NCBI GenBank assembly: GCA_964016885.1
Contig: OZ024743.1
Coordinates: 230,392,001 to 230,456,000, forward strand
DNA: 64,000 bases
From: Eledone cirrhosa
Taxonomy: Eukaryota
Direction of reading: 5' to 3'
Shown: one piece after another, positions 63,160 to 64,000 of the stretch
Layout: each line of letters starts with the position of its first letter
Numbering within the stretch: position 1 is the first letter of the stretch
Made by a program: the position numbers and the translations under genes
The notes under the pieces: model-generated
Told to the model about the DNA's origin: nothing
The model's input: only the letters and a program-made list of their open reading frames with translations
Databases searched by the model: none

Positions 63160-64000
63160 TTTTCTTTATGAACCACAAGGGTTTACATAAAGTAGACATT
63201 AAGGACAGTACAGGACAATACAGGACGGTACAAAAGGGCATTTCTGATGTAAAAAAAACAAGATACAGAGGATGTAATGATAGAACAATGAAAAAATTCC
63301 CCAATAGGGGGGAGACTTCCGAGGGACATTTGTGGAGAAAGCCCATTAAAAAGCCACAGTGACCCTGACCACCAGGGCAAGTGCCCTCTCCCAGTTTACC
63401 ACCTTTAATTTACAGACACATACTCAGAGTACGCCCATTCACTCGGGCCATACTTGCTTCTCTCACACATCTTTCAACAAAATGCTGGGAAGAGAGAACT
63501 TCCCTCTCTACCCTGATTTTCCTTTTCAAATGAAATTTGAAAAAGTTAATCAGGGCCTCACCGAAGAGGTAAGTACTCGTCTTCAGCCTTTTCAAACGTG
63601 ACAACCATACTATCTCTTTCGCCATGGCCACCAGACAGATAAAAACTGCCTGCCGTTCCCAGCTAAAGGAAGAGGGCGGGGCAATCCTCACGATGGACTC
63701 AGCTGATAGCTGGATCCGTCCTACACGCGACAGCAGGTGTTCGACATAAATCCACAATTCATCAATGCTCAGACACTGGACGAGTGCATGCAGTAAGGTT
63801 TCGTCGCCCTGCGCGCATCTCGGGCATGCCTGGCTGACGGCACCTCCATGCCTGTAGTAGAGTTTATCCTGAACTGGCAAAGCTCTTCGGTAGCACTGCC
63901 AGGCCAGGGATTTCTGGAAGTTGTCCATAGGCCCCGGCCCGAAAGTTCTTCCGAAGAGATTGGCTAGTTGATTTTCGTCGACGCCTAGAATTTCCCCAAG
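63104..64000 (-). mobile_element. Tx1-type LINE 3' portion (continues past window end), (ATT)n tail
   Basis: ORF 63410-63928 (CPRC...HALVQC) and 3' UTR near-identical to 43537-44318; att repeat at 63104-63158. Confidence 0.95.

Overview
Eukaryotic, AT-rich, repeat-dominated DNA with no host gene that I can support. The SINE families and the (TA)n/(ATT)n microsatellite landscape resemble an octopus/coleoid cephalopod genome (inference from recalled repeat families). Contents: several decayed Tx1/L1-type LINEs (one with a 15-bp TSD, one twin-primed inversion, one RT-deleted tandem copy); an R4/Dong-type RLE retrotransposon interrupted by a SINE with an 11-bp TSD; RTE remnants; a Naiad-like Penelope element (RT + GIY-YIG) with an in-frame TGA at a conserved CCHH cysteine; an ~8-kb composite Helitron with an in-window empty-site paralog; a TA-flanked MITE; tRNA-derived SINEs; and an ~43-copy 80-bp satellite. 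The most striking signal is a set of about nine type I hammerhead ribozyme (HHR) motifs, several with greatly enlarged or branched stem II. Each sits a short distance upstream of a (TA)n tract and several lie in fold-back (inverted) structures. Most ORF-track entries are simple-repeat artefacts. All calls were made by eye; no alignments or folding programs were run.
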